DNA of 64,000 nt from Antedon mediterranea (lineage: Eukaryota > Animalia > Echinodermata). Under the pieces are notes generated by a model that was not told the DNA's origin, did not search any database, and saw only the letters and a list, made by a program, of their open reading frames with translations. The stretch covers positions 930,001 through 994,000 of the forward strand of contig NC_092680.1 in NCBI RefSeq assembly GCF_964355755.1, read 5' to 3'. The position numbers and the translations under genes are program-made. Positions 14,336-26,702 of the stretch are shown one piece after another; position 1 is the stretch's first letter; every line of letters begins with the position of its first letter.

Positions 14336-16165
14336 AGCTTATTTTCTTACTCTAAAACATATTTTGTCGGTAACAATCATTCCATAAATTTTTTTAAATA
14401 TGGATTTCAATTTTTTAGAATTTTGATTTAAAAGTATAGCTAATCCTATTGTATAATATATTAATTGTCTTGGCAAACAGGTCTATACCGGTGACAAAGA
14501 AGAAATGTTGAATTGGTATTATTGAACGAAAGGATGAAGGTGCATTATATGTTGATCACTCGTATTATTTAATGATCAACTAAGGTACAAAAAATATCTC
14601 AAAATTATAAGATTCTGAAAATTAAGTATACTTGTATTTTGAAAGTCACAATGTTAATATTTCATGTTGTGTTTTAAAAGTATAGATCGAAAGCGCCGAT
14701 GACCACGTAATAACTAAAATAGACCACCACCACCGAAACATTTCAAATATTCACCCCCCCCCCCCCCCCTCTAAACACCCGCCATAACACACTCCACGCC
14801 AAATAAGTTAGTTTTCCTAATTATTTCCATTACGATTTTGCATTGGTAGAAATAAATGTTAATCCAATCAGTTGATTTAAATTCTAAAACAGATGAAAAA
14901 CTTAGAATGAAATAACAATAATATATCGAAGAGTCAAGGTTAACTTAAATGTTCTTGTTTCCCGTGTAGCTTTAAAAATCCACCTGAATATAATATTCGG
15001 ATTCGGGAGGTTTTGACATTAAAAGTCCTGTTTTTAGATATTGAGATAGATAACAAACATATTCTGCATGACCTCCGCTTCGGTTTAAAAATAAAAGAAG
15101 TCCAACAGTTATAAGCATAAGCAAACACGCCATGCCACATGCGCACAATTACGCGCGCATGCACAATTATTCGCGGAATTTGTCATTTTTATAGGAGGCC
15201 ACTGTAAATGTGCTCATCGAATTAATTTCTTCTACTATTTTCAGATAGAATACACGAAAAACAAAATAAAAAATGATCGATATACATACCTACATTAGCA
15301 TTTGGTAGAGCATGCCGCTTCTGAGCTTTGTTAAGTTTTAGCATAACATAATATGTCCGGTACGTATATACATAGTACACAATATTAATAGAAATGTTTT
15401 AAAATCAGAAGTAAAGTCCATAGTGTGCAACATTTATGAAACTATGAAAAACATGGTGGTACTATCGAAGGATATATTAACTAGAACCTACCCATATTTA
15501 TTCCAGGTACCCGTACTATCTAGATGCTTCTAAAATATGGTTATACATATATTTTTTTTTTATAACTATTAAAAATAAAACATTAGAATGGTTTTTAAAA
15601 TCAATACCAATATTATGGTGTTCTAACTTACCTTACGATTTAAGTATGTGTAAAAGGAATGATAGAGAGAATGTAAAGATAAGGTTTATCGAAAGCGGAT
15701 AGTTAAGTTGACTTGAACAACGAACAGACGCAACTGGAAATATCTACCCGCTTTTTGAAAGAAATGGTAAATAAATGTAGAATAGTTCACTATATTCGCG
15801 TACGATTCTTGTGATCATTAAACTTTACTATCATTATAATCATATGCATGAAAATAAATTTGCATATTTGAGTCATATGTTGTTTTAGATCTCTTTGCAA
15901 ACCAACTTACCTGAAATGAATTATTAGCTCTTTATACTCACCGTCCATTTTGATAAGAATAAATATGGTAAGCAATGGAATAAATATATATATACATGTT
16001 CCGTTAACTGTTGTTTAGATCGACCTAAATTATAATTTTTTAATTTAAAAAAAAATGTTGTTGATATTTTGTATTCATTAAATGATATTGTTTATTCATT
16101 TAAGTTTATTCATCATGCTAAAGGATTGAAAAAACATAAAATCATATCAAGTTGTTCTCCACTAA

Positions 16166-16372
16166 GGCTTGGTTCCCACTAGCGACGCAACGTAACGCAA
16201 CCTACGCAACGTAAGAAAATGCCCTTCCAATAATTGTGTTTGCCCCCGCCTGTGTGAAATCAAACCTGCGATTTTTGCAGCACTGTTGCGTCGTTGGTTC
16301 CCACTTGTGATTACGCAATACATCACTTTGCGTCAATACGTCCGTGCGTTGCGTTCTAGTGGGAACCACGCT
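16166..16372 (-). mobile_element. PIF/Harbinger-like MITE, family A
   Basis: TIR (A/G)GC(T/G)TGGTTCCCACTAG..CGCAACG, flanks TAA/TTA, internal GGGGCAAACACAATTATTGGAAGGGCATTTTCTTACG block in reverse orientation. Confidence 0.8.
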
Positions 16373-16478
16373 TTAAGCTCAATAGCAATCAGTTTCTCCG
16401 GTTCAATAGCAATCAGTTTCTCCATTCATTTTTTTCTATAATTTATTTTCATAACTTTCTACATAATATTATCTATAA

Positions 16479-16683
16479 AGCGTGGTTCCCACTAGAACGC
16501 AACGCAGCAATGTATCGACGCAAAGTGCTGTATTGCGTAATCAAAAGTGAGAATAGACGACGCGATAGTGTTGCAAACACCGCAGGTTTGATGTCACGCA
16601 GGCGGGGCAAACACAATTATTGAAAGGGCATTTCTTACGTTGCGTACCGTAGGTTACGTTACGTATCTAGTGGGAATCAAGCT
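16479..16683 (+). mobile_element. PIF/Harbinger-like MITE, family A (inverted relative to the 16166 copy)
   Basis: Same TIRs and internal block; TAA at the left flank. Confidence 0.8.
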
Positions 16684-18614
16684 TTCCTTCTTGTTGTTTG
16701 CAAAACAGAAAAAACACAACATATATAAGCTTTAGGCCTATAAAGATGATCGGCCACTCCAGTCCAATATGATTGAAGTTTGCAATTCCACTTATACAAT
16801 GCTTATACAATAATTTAAGTCATAAGTGATAATTTTAGGAGCCAACGGCCGCTCATTACGGAATATATCAACCAATTAAACTCACACGTAAGCAAGCACC
16901 CACATAGGCAATTCAATTTTTTTTCTAATGCATTGAATAGTATATAAGAAAAAAATTATATCAATTAACCTCTATATAACTCTTAGAAAATACAATGTGT
17001 AACCTTGCCATTAATTTTCTATTAAACGTGCATGCATGGCTTAACAGCTGTTTAATCTGGGTATAGAACAGTCTCACTGGGAGAGGTGGCCTAGGGGTGA
17101 TGTAGCCTAGGGATGAGGTAGCCTACGGGACAGGTTGCCTTCGGGAGTCACTAACAAGTGTCTATAGGCCTAAGTGTACTTCCAGCCTGTATTGTAGAAC
17201 AAAGGCATCTAGAGGTTGTTTTGTCGCACTTTGTACAAAGTGCGACAGAGACCTAAGATTTGATATAATTATCCTTATCTTTTTTAATATGGGGGGGGGG
17301 GGGGTGGTAATATGATGATTAAAACAAACAAAATCTGCATGGACTATTTGTCATGGTGTCGGCAGAGTATTATATTATATTACCATAATGAGGTAGAATA
17401 ATACATCAACCTTGTTATTTGTTATTTGGACATTATGAAGAAGTACATAAAGTTTTGTTTTGCTTTTGTATAATTTCGTGTAAAATTTCATAAAAATTAT
17501 CTTTACAATAATTATGTGTTTTACAATAATATAATCTTTGGTGTATTAAAGGCAAAAGAATAAATTACGTTTATGTGTTAGGAGGGAGGGTGGTTGTTAA
17601 ATCGTGTAATATAATACCTGTCGTATATAAACTTTTCGTATTTTGTTGTAATAAGTATTGAGCTGTCGTATTTGTAATAAAGTGTGTCTTGTTTGTAACA
17701 CTCTAAATTACCGTTTTATGTTTTTTTTTCAATAGATTACGGCAAAACTGTATAAATATATCATTGTTTGATATTGGGTTAATGTCATGGGTTCAAAGAT
17801 CACAGATGATATAAAAAAATACGACAAAGTTATAAGAAAATTATTACAAAATACGTTATGCAAACTGACACTGACGTTATAGTTATCTTTTCGTATATTG
17901 TAAGTAAATGATTGATAGTGTAACATTTGTATTAATGTATATACGATTGAAGTTAATAGTTTATTAATCAATTATAAACTCCCGAGTGGGTATTAAAGTT
18001 TAAGTACTCTTAACAGCCCTGAAGAGTTGAAGGCACGCGGCGGAGACTCGCGACCAGTCGAGAAAATGTGATGTTGTATCCCACGGCGAAGTGACCTGGG
18101 CTGGTCTTTGCTACCCCGTACGTTGTGGCTGACAAAAGTCGCACTTTTTAACGTGACAACTTCATTGTTGGGCTAAATTAAGGCCTAGAGGCCTACAGCT
18201 AGTCTGGTCTCGGTTCAACAATTGGTAGGTTCTACGATACGATACGTTGTCAAAATTTCGTTTCGCTTGAGATACTTTTAGTATTTCCAACTCAAGTAAA
18301 ACAGTATGAATGAATGTAACTATGACAGTATAAATATTTACTGCGTTAAACATGAAAGAATTTCTAAAAGTCTGCATGAACTACAATACTCTACCAGATG
18401 ATTAATGATAGGAAATCTGTGTGTGGGATTTGCAATATACTTTCGTAAGTTCCTAAAAATGTCTTAGAAGACACACTTATTTTAAAGGCCCTTTATAGCC
18501 TACTGGTATAGGATATCTACTTGTTACGAAGATTTGGAAATCCAATAATAAATTAATAACATAATAAAAATTGAATAACTTTATGGTTCATGAGATGAGA
18601 GTTGAATAATCTAA

Positions 18615-18869
18615 AGAGTTGTTCCCACTAGCGACGCAACGTAACGCAACCTACAGCGTGGTTCCCTCTCTAGCGACGCAACGTAACGCAACCTACGCGA
18701 TGTAAGAAAATTCCCTTCCAATCATTGTTTTTACTCCCGCCTGATTGAAATCAAACCTGCGATGATTGCAGTACTGTTGCGTCGTCGGTTCCCACTTGTG
18801 ATTACGCAATACATCACTTTGCCTCAATACGTCACTGCGTTGCGTTGTGTCGCTAGTGGGAACCACGCT
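18615..18869 (-). mobile_element. Family A MITE with a duplicated or nested left terminus
   Basis: Two successive TIR starts (18615, 18655) followed by the family A body; ends GGGAACCACGCT+TAA. Confidence 0.75.
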
Positions 18870-19260
18870 TAATCATTACTGTAATTGTAATTTTAAATGG
18901 TTTTATCTATATACACTTGTTTATATATTTTATCAATTGTAGGCCCCTACATCACATACAATTCAGTTTTACTACTTGAATAAACTGAATAAACTGTACC
19001 GGTGGTAAAGAAAAAAAAAGTTTATTAGTAATTCATTAATGCTGCGGGTTTGTCTTATCATAATGCGTAATTAATGAATAATATCTGATGATACAATTCA
19101 GTGGGTGTTTTGCACAGCTTCCACTCCATAACCGTCAATGTAAATATCTTAAGCAATTCTTGTCACTCTTAGAATCTCACCTGTTTCAATAATTCCTATT
19201 ATTTTTAGACGTCAGTAAACAATACATTATCTTTATATTAATGCTACTAAATTGTTCGCG

Positions 19261-19676
19261 TATTTTACGTATCTCCTTCAAAACCACTGAACAATACGAT
19301 ACGTGCCCACTATTTTACGTATCTCCTCAAAACCACAATACGATACGTGCCCACTATTTTACGTATCTCCTCCAAAACCACTGAACAATACGATACGTGC
19401 CCATTATTTTACGTATCTCCTTCAAAACCACTGAACAATACGGTACGTGCCCATTATTTTACGTATCTCCTTCAAAACCACTGAACAATACGGTACGTGC
19501 CCATTATTTTACGTATCTCCTCCAAAACCACTGAACGATACGTGCCCATTATTTTACGTATCTCCTTCAAAACCTCTGAACGACGTGCCCATTATTTTAC
19601 GTATCTCCTTCAAAACCTCTGAACGACGTGCCCATTATTTTACGTATCTCCTCCAAAACCACTGAACGATACGTGC
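19261..19676. repeat. Minisatellite, 43-50-bp unit TATTTTACGTATCTCCT(T/C)CAAAACCACTGAACAATACGATACGTGCCCA(C/T) x~9
   Basis: Direct reading; units shorten toward the right. Confidence 0.9.
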
Positions 19677-22600
19677 TCACAGTGGGTACTGTTTATTGAT
19701 GGGCAGCACAAGATAGGCTATGTCACTTTCCTGAATTTTTAGGATAAACACTAATAAAATGCAAAAAAATAGTAATTTTACGTCTCAGCGACCATGTTAC
19801 GTCACACTACGATAACTTACCAATTCATATTTTATCATTAACATGTTTTAATCTGCTGACTGATTGACAGACTTCAACGTGCATGTCCCTCTCATGCACG
19901 TTGTCATTTTCGGAGGCGCACCCCAGATTCATTTCACACAGCACAAAGTCCTATATCTTTCTTTCATTTTGTAGCTTACAGATATTTCAAAGTAAAGGAA
20001 ATACTTCGTGTATAACAAAATTAATGGTCCTAATAGTTCCGAATTGTATTGTTGACAATTTGTTTTTGTTTGTTTAATAATTTGTCAGGGGCCGGGAAGA
20101 GTGCGCATATACTTGATCATGCCATGCGAATTAGTATTTAGGCAGACAAACCGTGCGGATCACGGATTACTGGTAGACCACAATTTAATTACAAAAGTAG
20201 CAAGTAGGTAACAAATCTCCCATACAAAAAAAAATTGCAAAATATCAAAACCAGTGAAATAAAATAAAATTAACAATTCGTGTTTCCGCAGCAATGTTTT
20301 TTTCATTCGATTTTTGTCCACTTTTTAAATTTGTTTTCAGATAGGTCGTAAAGTCTTGAGTTCACTGTATGTGTATGCACATACAAATTGGTATCTTGAT
20401 AAAGTTGTTGATAAGTAGGGGCCTCGAACCTCGTAAAAAATCTAGGGGCCTATATAAGCCTAACTAACTAAAAATTAATAAGTAATGCAAACATGCTCTT
20501 TGATATTTTGTTTTTTAGCATCATTTATTCTAATCAATCCATGCTATAATTAGTGAGGTTTTTTTTCTCAATATATTTTATTGAATCGTTTAAGGATTAT
20601 TAACTTTTTTATTTGAAATTCATTTTCCAATACTGATTTCACTGACCTATAGAGTTTGAAATGGATACACAACAAAATCAATGTAAACTACTTTAAGTGG
20701 CGTAACTTGATAGGTTAAGTCTGTAACATTAAAACAATGGCTGGAACTGTAAAGCTTTGTTGTTTTATGCAATATTCCAATAACCTTTGTCTTTATTGTT
20801 TCGTAAACAGTTATAAAACTATCGTTTTTCAATATTTAACATTGTTTGTGGTTTAACCATCGGCTTAATGTTTCACTTATAACAATTGATTATTGTAATT
20901 GACCTATATGCCTAACAAGTTAAGACAATACTAAATACGATGGGATTTAAATCGACTGTTTCAATTTATTTGCGTTCTAAAGTTATTTATTTGCGTTTCT
21001 CATGTTCGCACAGGTTTTGAATTTTGGCCTAACACAGTACGGTGTTTAATCAATTAATTAGGCCTAATCGAAAATCACCACATGTTTAAGCAACTACATT
21101 CTGACTTTACGTCTCCGGCAGCATACCATTTCGGTATCGGTTCAAAATAATTTAAATTGGGAGAGGGGGAGGGGGAGGTATAGCTCTACTTATCAGAAGG
21201 GAGCTGCGGTTACGGTATCAAATCATAGAAAATCGCCACAAGTTCAAGAAGTTTACTTCTCCTTTTACCTCCATGGGCCATCCTATGATCCCGACCGGTT
21301 AGATCAAGACACAACTTTGCGCTGATTATTAGCTGCATTATGGAAGTATGTTTCCATACGTGTTTGATCCAAAAAATGACTGGGGTTATAATGTTTAGCG
21401 CTTAGAGAAGCTTGCTTGTAGAGAATGACAAAATAAAACGGTAAGGCGCTCTACTCATAAGAATGTACTGGGCACCATATCATTCGAAAAACTTTAATTA
21501 ACGCATTTAACCAAACCAATTTTTGGGGCTCACTATTAGTTGATTGAATATTATATTGTTTCGAAGTAATTAAGGTTGTCAAATAGGCTAAACAAGGTGG
21601 TTTGTTTGTCGGTGTTTGTTGCCAATTTAAAAATTGGTTTGAAACCCTGCTGAATTATTATTTAAAAATAAAACAAAGATATCATGTCTTAACAACTTGA
21701 ATATTGCGGGTATAGGATTTGATGTTGGATCGTATTTCATTCAACCACCGAGGAGCACAAATGACTGTCATTAAAAAAAAATCATTTGACTTTCATGTGT
21801 GTAGATTAATTAGTTAAAATTGATTTAAATAACGAATTACTCTGGTATACAATCTGGTATATAATCTACAAGTAAACATGAACGCACTGTTTTCCATATC
21901 GGTTGTCGATAATGATTTCTTTGTGATTTACTCTTTGTAGTAATAATTTAGAATTAATTCACTTTAAATATATTTTAATTTACGATGTGACAGTTGACGC
22001 AGGCCATGCCTATTACACGCTTTCGTCTGCAAAAACGCATTTTTTTCGCACACAAATCAATGTGAATAATTATAAATAACTTAGCCATAACAGCAACCTT
22101 TTTAAAAGTGATCCAATATAATAATTTATCTGAGGACCAAAGAAAACAACGAACACCAAATTAGCAACACCACAGTTGCTCTTTTACACGAAAAAATCAG
22201 AATATCTCCATAGTATAAATAATCATAATTAGACGAAAAATATATTAAATTACAAGATTTCTACAATTTGTATATATTTAAAATTGTATTATTTATGGAG
22301 GCCTAACATAATTAAAAAATTTAATAAGTTTCTGATTTACATTAATGATGGTCCTGTTCGTATAATATGCCTGTATAATAATTGTTTTTTTTTTCTTTTT
22401 AGAGCAGGATGTTGTATGCGATGCACGTATGGTGAAAGGTATGCTAAAATTAGTATGTTAAGAAATGATTATGTTTAAGAAAATTAACACGCTAAAAAAT
22501 TAATACGCTATTGTGAATGTTCATGCGTATTATATATAGACAAGGTATAGTACTGTGATTTATAGGCCTATCACTTTCTGTGGCTCCTTGGGGTGTATTT

Positions 22601-22816
22601 CATTATTGCATTGATATTAAACGTGTACATAATGTCTTTTGTCGTTAGTAAATAAGTACTCGACCTTATATAGTTTGCAGAATTAATTTTTAAGAAGTCA
22701 TATGGCATTTTATGCTTTTATGGCTTTTATGTTTATTATGCTTACAATTTGCCTCTTTCAATAAAAAAAAAATTTGCTGATTTATTTTATATATTTATTC
22801 CTTTCAGTGAAGCATA

Positions 22817-22937
22817 AAAGAGCACTGGTGAGATACAAGAGCACTGGTGAGGTACAAGAGCACTGGTGAGATACAAGAGCACTGGTGAGATACAAGAGCA
22901 CTGGTGAGATACAAGAGCACTGGTGAGATACAAGAGC
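22817..22937. repeat. Tandem repeat, 19-bp unit AAGAGCACTGGTGAGATAC x~6
   Basis: Direct reading. Confidence 0.9.
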
Positions 22938-23437
22938 TTTCATTGAGGTATTTTTAAACAAAATTATTAATACCAATAATTCATAACAAAGGTTTATTTT
23001 TGCGACTAATTTAAAAATAGTTTTCGTTTTATATTTAATCTATTAATTACTTTACATTTATTGAGTAAAGTTTTATAACTAATATAGTTTAAAACATCTG
23101 TAGACGCCGGAATTTGCTTGTGCTATTTATAGATTTAGTTTCGACTCAAATGTAAGGGCGAGTCATGCTTTACTATTGTTTAGCGTTTAGTTTTGACCGA
23201 CATGCCTCATTAGATGCACGCGAACGCCACACATCAGTACGCCTTACCAACTGGCCTAACTACAACCCATTTCTTGTTAGATTGTATTGGTTAGACTATT
23301 GTTATTCAGTTTTGTGACTTATCACAATTACGACAAATCCGTATCGATTTAGACTACCAACAGGAGCGCATGTAAGGACACAACGCCAGATGAAAACGTA
23401 CGCCTATTGTTCGAAAGTTACGATATACGAACACCGA

Positions 23438-24245
23438 CGTTTATACATAGACTTATATAGACCTACTATACTATATAATTCGTTTATACATAGACTTATA
23501 TAGACCTACTATACTATATAATTCGTTTATGCATAGACTTATATAGACCTACTATACTATATAATTCGTTTATGCATAGACTTATATAGACCTACTATAC
23601 TATATAATTCGTTTATGCATAGACTTATATAGACCTACTATACTATATAATTCTTTTATGCATAGACTTATATAGACCTACTATACTATATAATTCGTTT
23701 ATGCATAGACTTATATAGACCTACTATACTATATAATTCGTTTATACATAGACTTATATAGACCTACTATACTATATAATTCGTTTATACATAGACTTAT
23801 ATAGACCTACTATACTATATAATTCTTTTATGCATAGACTTATATAGACCTACTATACTATATAATTCGTTTATACATAGACTTATATAGACCTACTATA
23901 CTATATAATTCGTTTATGCATAGACTTATATAGACCTACTATACTATATAATTCGTTTATGCATAGACTTATATAGACCTACTATACTATATAATTCGTT
24001 TATGCATAGACTTATATAGACCTACTATACTATATAATTCGTTTATGCATAGACTTATATAGACCTACTATACTATATAATTCGTTTATACATAGACTTA
24101 TATAGACCTACTATACTATATAATTCGTTTGTACATAGACTTATATAGACCTACTATACTATATAATTCGTTTATGCATAGACTTATATAGACCTACTAT
24201 ACTATATAATTCGTTTATGCATAGACTTATATAGACCTACATAGA
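23438..24245. repeat. Minisatellite, 43-bp unit CGTTTAT(A/G)CATAGACTTATATAGACCTACTATACTATATAATT x~19
   Basis: Direct reading. Confidence 0.93.
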
Positions 24246-24581
24246 CCTATATAATAATAATATAATTCGAGTGTGAATTAGAAACTACTATCGGTCGCTA
24301 ACCTTAAATCACGTCTGAACTGAGTTCGCACGTTTTTAAATCCGTCATCTGCGGCCGGATCGTAGTTTTTCGCAAACGTTCTTATAACTGAGTATTAAAT
24401 ACGTAATATATTACCTTTTTTTGCTACATTATTATATGTTTGTTATTGAATAATGTGTAGGTAAGTTTGGAGCTATTTGATTAATATTATAAAAAAATCT
24501 CTTATACACGGATTTTTTTTTGAACGTGTAAAATCACTCTTTATGGTTTTGTACGTACATAATAAATAAATATAATAATAG

Positions 24582-24687
24582 TTTATTAATTTAGTGTATA
24601 CTCTTATATTTATTAATTTAGTGTATACTCTTAAGTTTATTAATTTAGTGTATACTCTTAAGTTTATTAATTTAGTGTATACTCTTA
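24582..24687. repeat. Tandem repeat, 27-bp unit TTTATTAATTTAGTGTATACTCTTAAG x4
   Basis: Direct reading. Confidence 0.88.
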
Positions 24688-26111
24688 CTATTCTACGACC
24701 TTTGTAAGAACATAGAAACCAGCATGCTGGAATAGTACCAGTAACCTACACTTTACAATTATAATTATAGTTACATTATATTTTAAATTTTATTTCTTTA
24801 AAAAATCGATTAAAAAAAAAATTAGCGATAAAACCGGATGGAAGAAACATTTTAAAAAGATAAACCAGATAGGACTAAGTGGTCAGAAAACAAATTCATG
24901 ACCAATAGTCAATTGTTGATTTGACCACTTGATCCATGATTTGAGCTCTAGACAAAATAATGTTTGGCCACGCGCTAAGAAATTGAATAGGCCTACACGT
25001 TATTAATTAGAAATCGGTTGATTAATGATTAAGAGGGCGTAAAAAGCCGGAGGGGTTGAGCACGCTCCAGCACCAATAAGTACCGGTAGGTATTTTAAAC
25101 GGGCTTTAAAAATCCATGTTAAATAATTGAATTATAAGTAGGCCTACAGTTGAATCGTTTTGCAGTGCGGCGGCGGCGGCGGCGTTTTGCAGGTGTTGTG
25201 GTACAGTGTGCGGACGACAAACAAAAACTGAAACATATATCAAATATAATAATGTGACAACTAACACTGCTAAATGCTCAGCTATTGGTTGTTAATAGTA
25301 CAAATACAATCGTTACTTGTTGATGTATCACAATCATTTCGCTTCGCGTGACTGCCTGTATCCCCGTGGAATAATCCTTGTTACGGCGACACGTGCGAAC
25401 TGTACTGTTAGCTATGTCCACCTTCTCGTCCCAAAACAACCGGCGCAGTGCTTGTCGCGTGTCGTCTATTGTTTCCAGGCCTAGTTTAGTAGAAGTTAGT
25501 CAGCAGGTTCCTCACAGTTTGTACACTTTTTGCTAGTTGAATGTCAACTATTAAAATTGCCCTTATTAACTTGACCCAATGTTACTATGCTCAAAAACGG
25601 AAATAAAATGTGTGATAGTGTTCACTGGTATTGTGATGGGAATCGTATAGAGGAAACAAAATACAATGCCGTTTTAATTACATAATTCGAATAAGATGCG
25701 TTCAAGATTATCGCTTTCCAGAATAAAATTGTCTGACTTCGATATTTAATTTTTTTTTTTATTATACTAAACACTGAAGGTTTTAGATCAATCTTTCTCT
25801 TCCATTTTTCTAACTATCGCAAAATAAAAAAGGATTACACGGTAATGAACTTTTCAACTAAAAAAAATAACAATAAAGACACTGTGCAGCAAGCTCAGCG
25901 TCGTCGACTACAGAATCAATAATTCTGCTATTCGTTTTCAATCAAAGTAACATCCCTCTTTCTAGTACTTCTCCTCGATTTAATTTTGAAATAATACCAC
26001 TAAGTATTACTTATATTCTTGCTTTGTCTCATCTTTGTGGTTTAGCCTAGGCCTACTTTTTTTTTTTTATATGTTTTTATTTCGACCGCGATTTTTGTCT
26101 GAAAATACAAA

Positions 26112-26200
26112 ATCAAGTAGTATACGTATGAAACGCCATATGCGCCAAAATATTTATCTTTTTACTAATATTAAGACAAAACTCCGTCTGGAACCCAGAC
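26112..26200 (+). repeat. Unclassified ~90-bp dispersed repeat (family D)
   Basis: TCAAGTAGTA(T/C)ACGTATGAAACGCCATATG(C/T)GCCAAAATAT...CTGGAACCCAGAC also at ~39892-39962, ~43326-43412 and inverted at ~47481-47575. Confidence 0.65.
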
Positions 26201-26591
26201 AAGGGAGTGCATAGTGTCGTGGGCTAAATGTTACTGTGAATCATACTATGACATCGGCGGCCTCACGAGAGTTGGTGAAGTTGAGTGATGGTATGTGGGG
26301 TTATTTTTTACTGTAATTTATCTCATGGTTTAACAGATTCACATAGAACTAAATATATCTACTATTTGTGTAATGCACTATCCACATAGGAGCTTCTGTA
26401 ATAATCTACGAAACGGTAAACCACATACTCACATCTCCTGCAATCAGTTTCCTTTTGTTTTGTTTTTTGTAGGTTCGACCCACTTTTATTTCCGCATCAG
26501 TAAAAAATATTCATTTACAATGCATTGCACTTGATGTTAATGGAATAGTATAATGCAAATAAATCTGGCAATCATTTTCCAATGAACCAAC

Positions 26592-26702
26592 ATAAGCGTA
26601 ATAACGGTGATGCTATGTACCTATTGATAAGCGTAATAACGGTGATGCTATGTACCTATTGATAAGCGTAATAACGGTGATGCTATGTACCTATTGATAA
26701 GC
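26592..26702. repeat. Tandem repeat, 35-bp unit ATAAGCGTAATAACGGTGATGCTATGTACCTATTG x3
   Basis: Direct reading. Confidence 0.9.

Noticed and set aside
1368-22976. Short (about 60-105 aa) ORFs in the first 23 kb
   Set aside because: Low-complexity Ile/Phe/Lys/Asn-rich translations typical of AT-rich non-coding DNA; no domains and no consistent exon chain.
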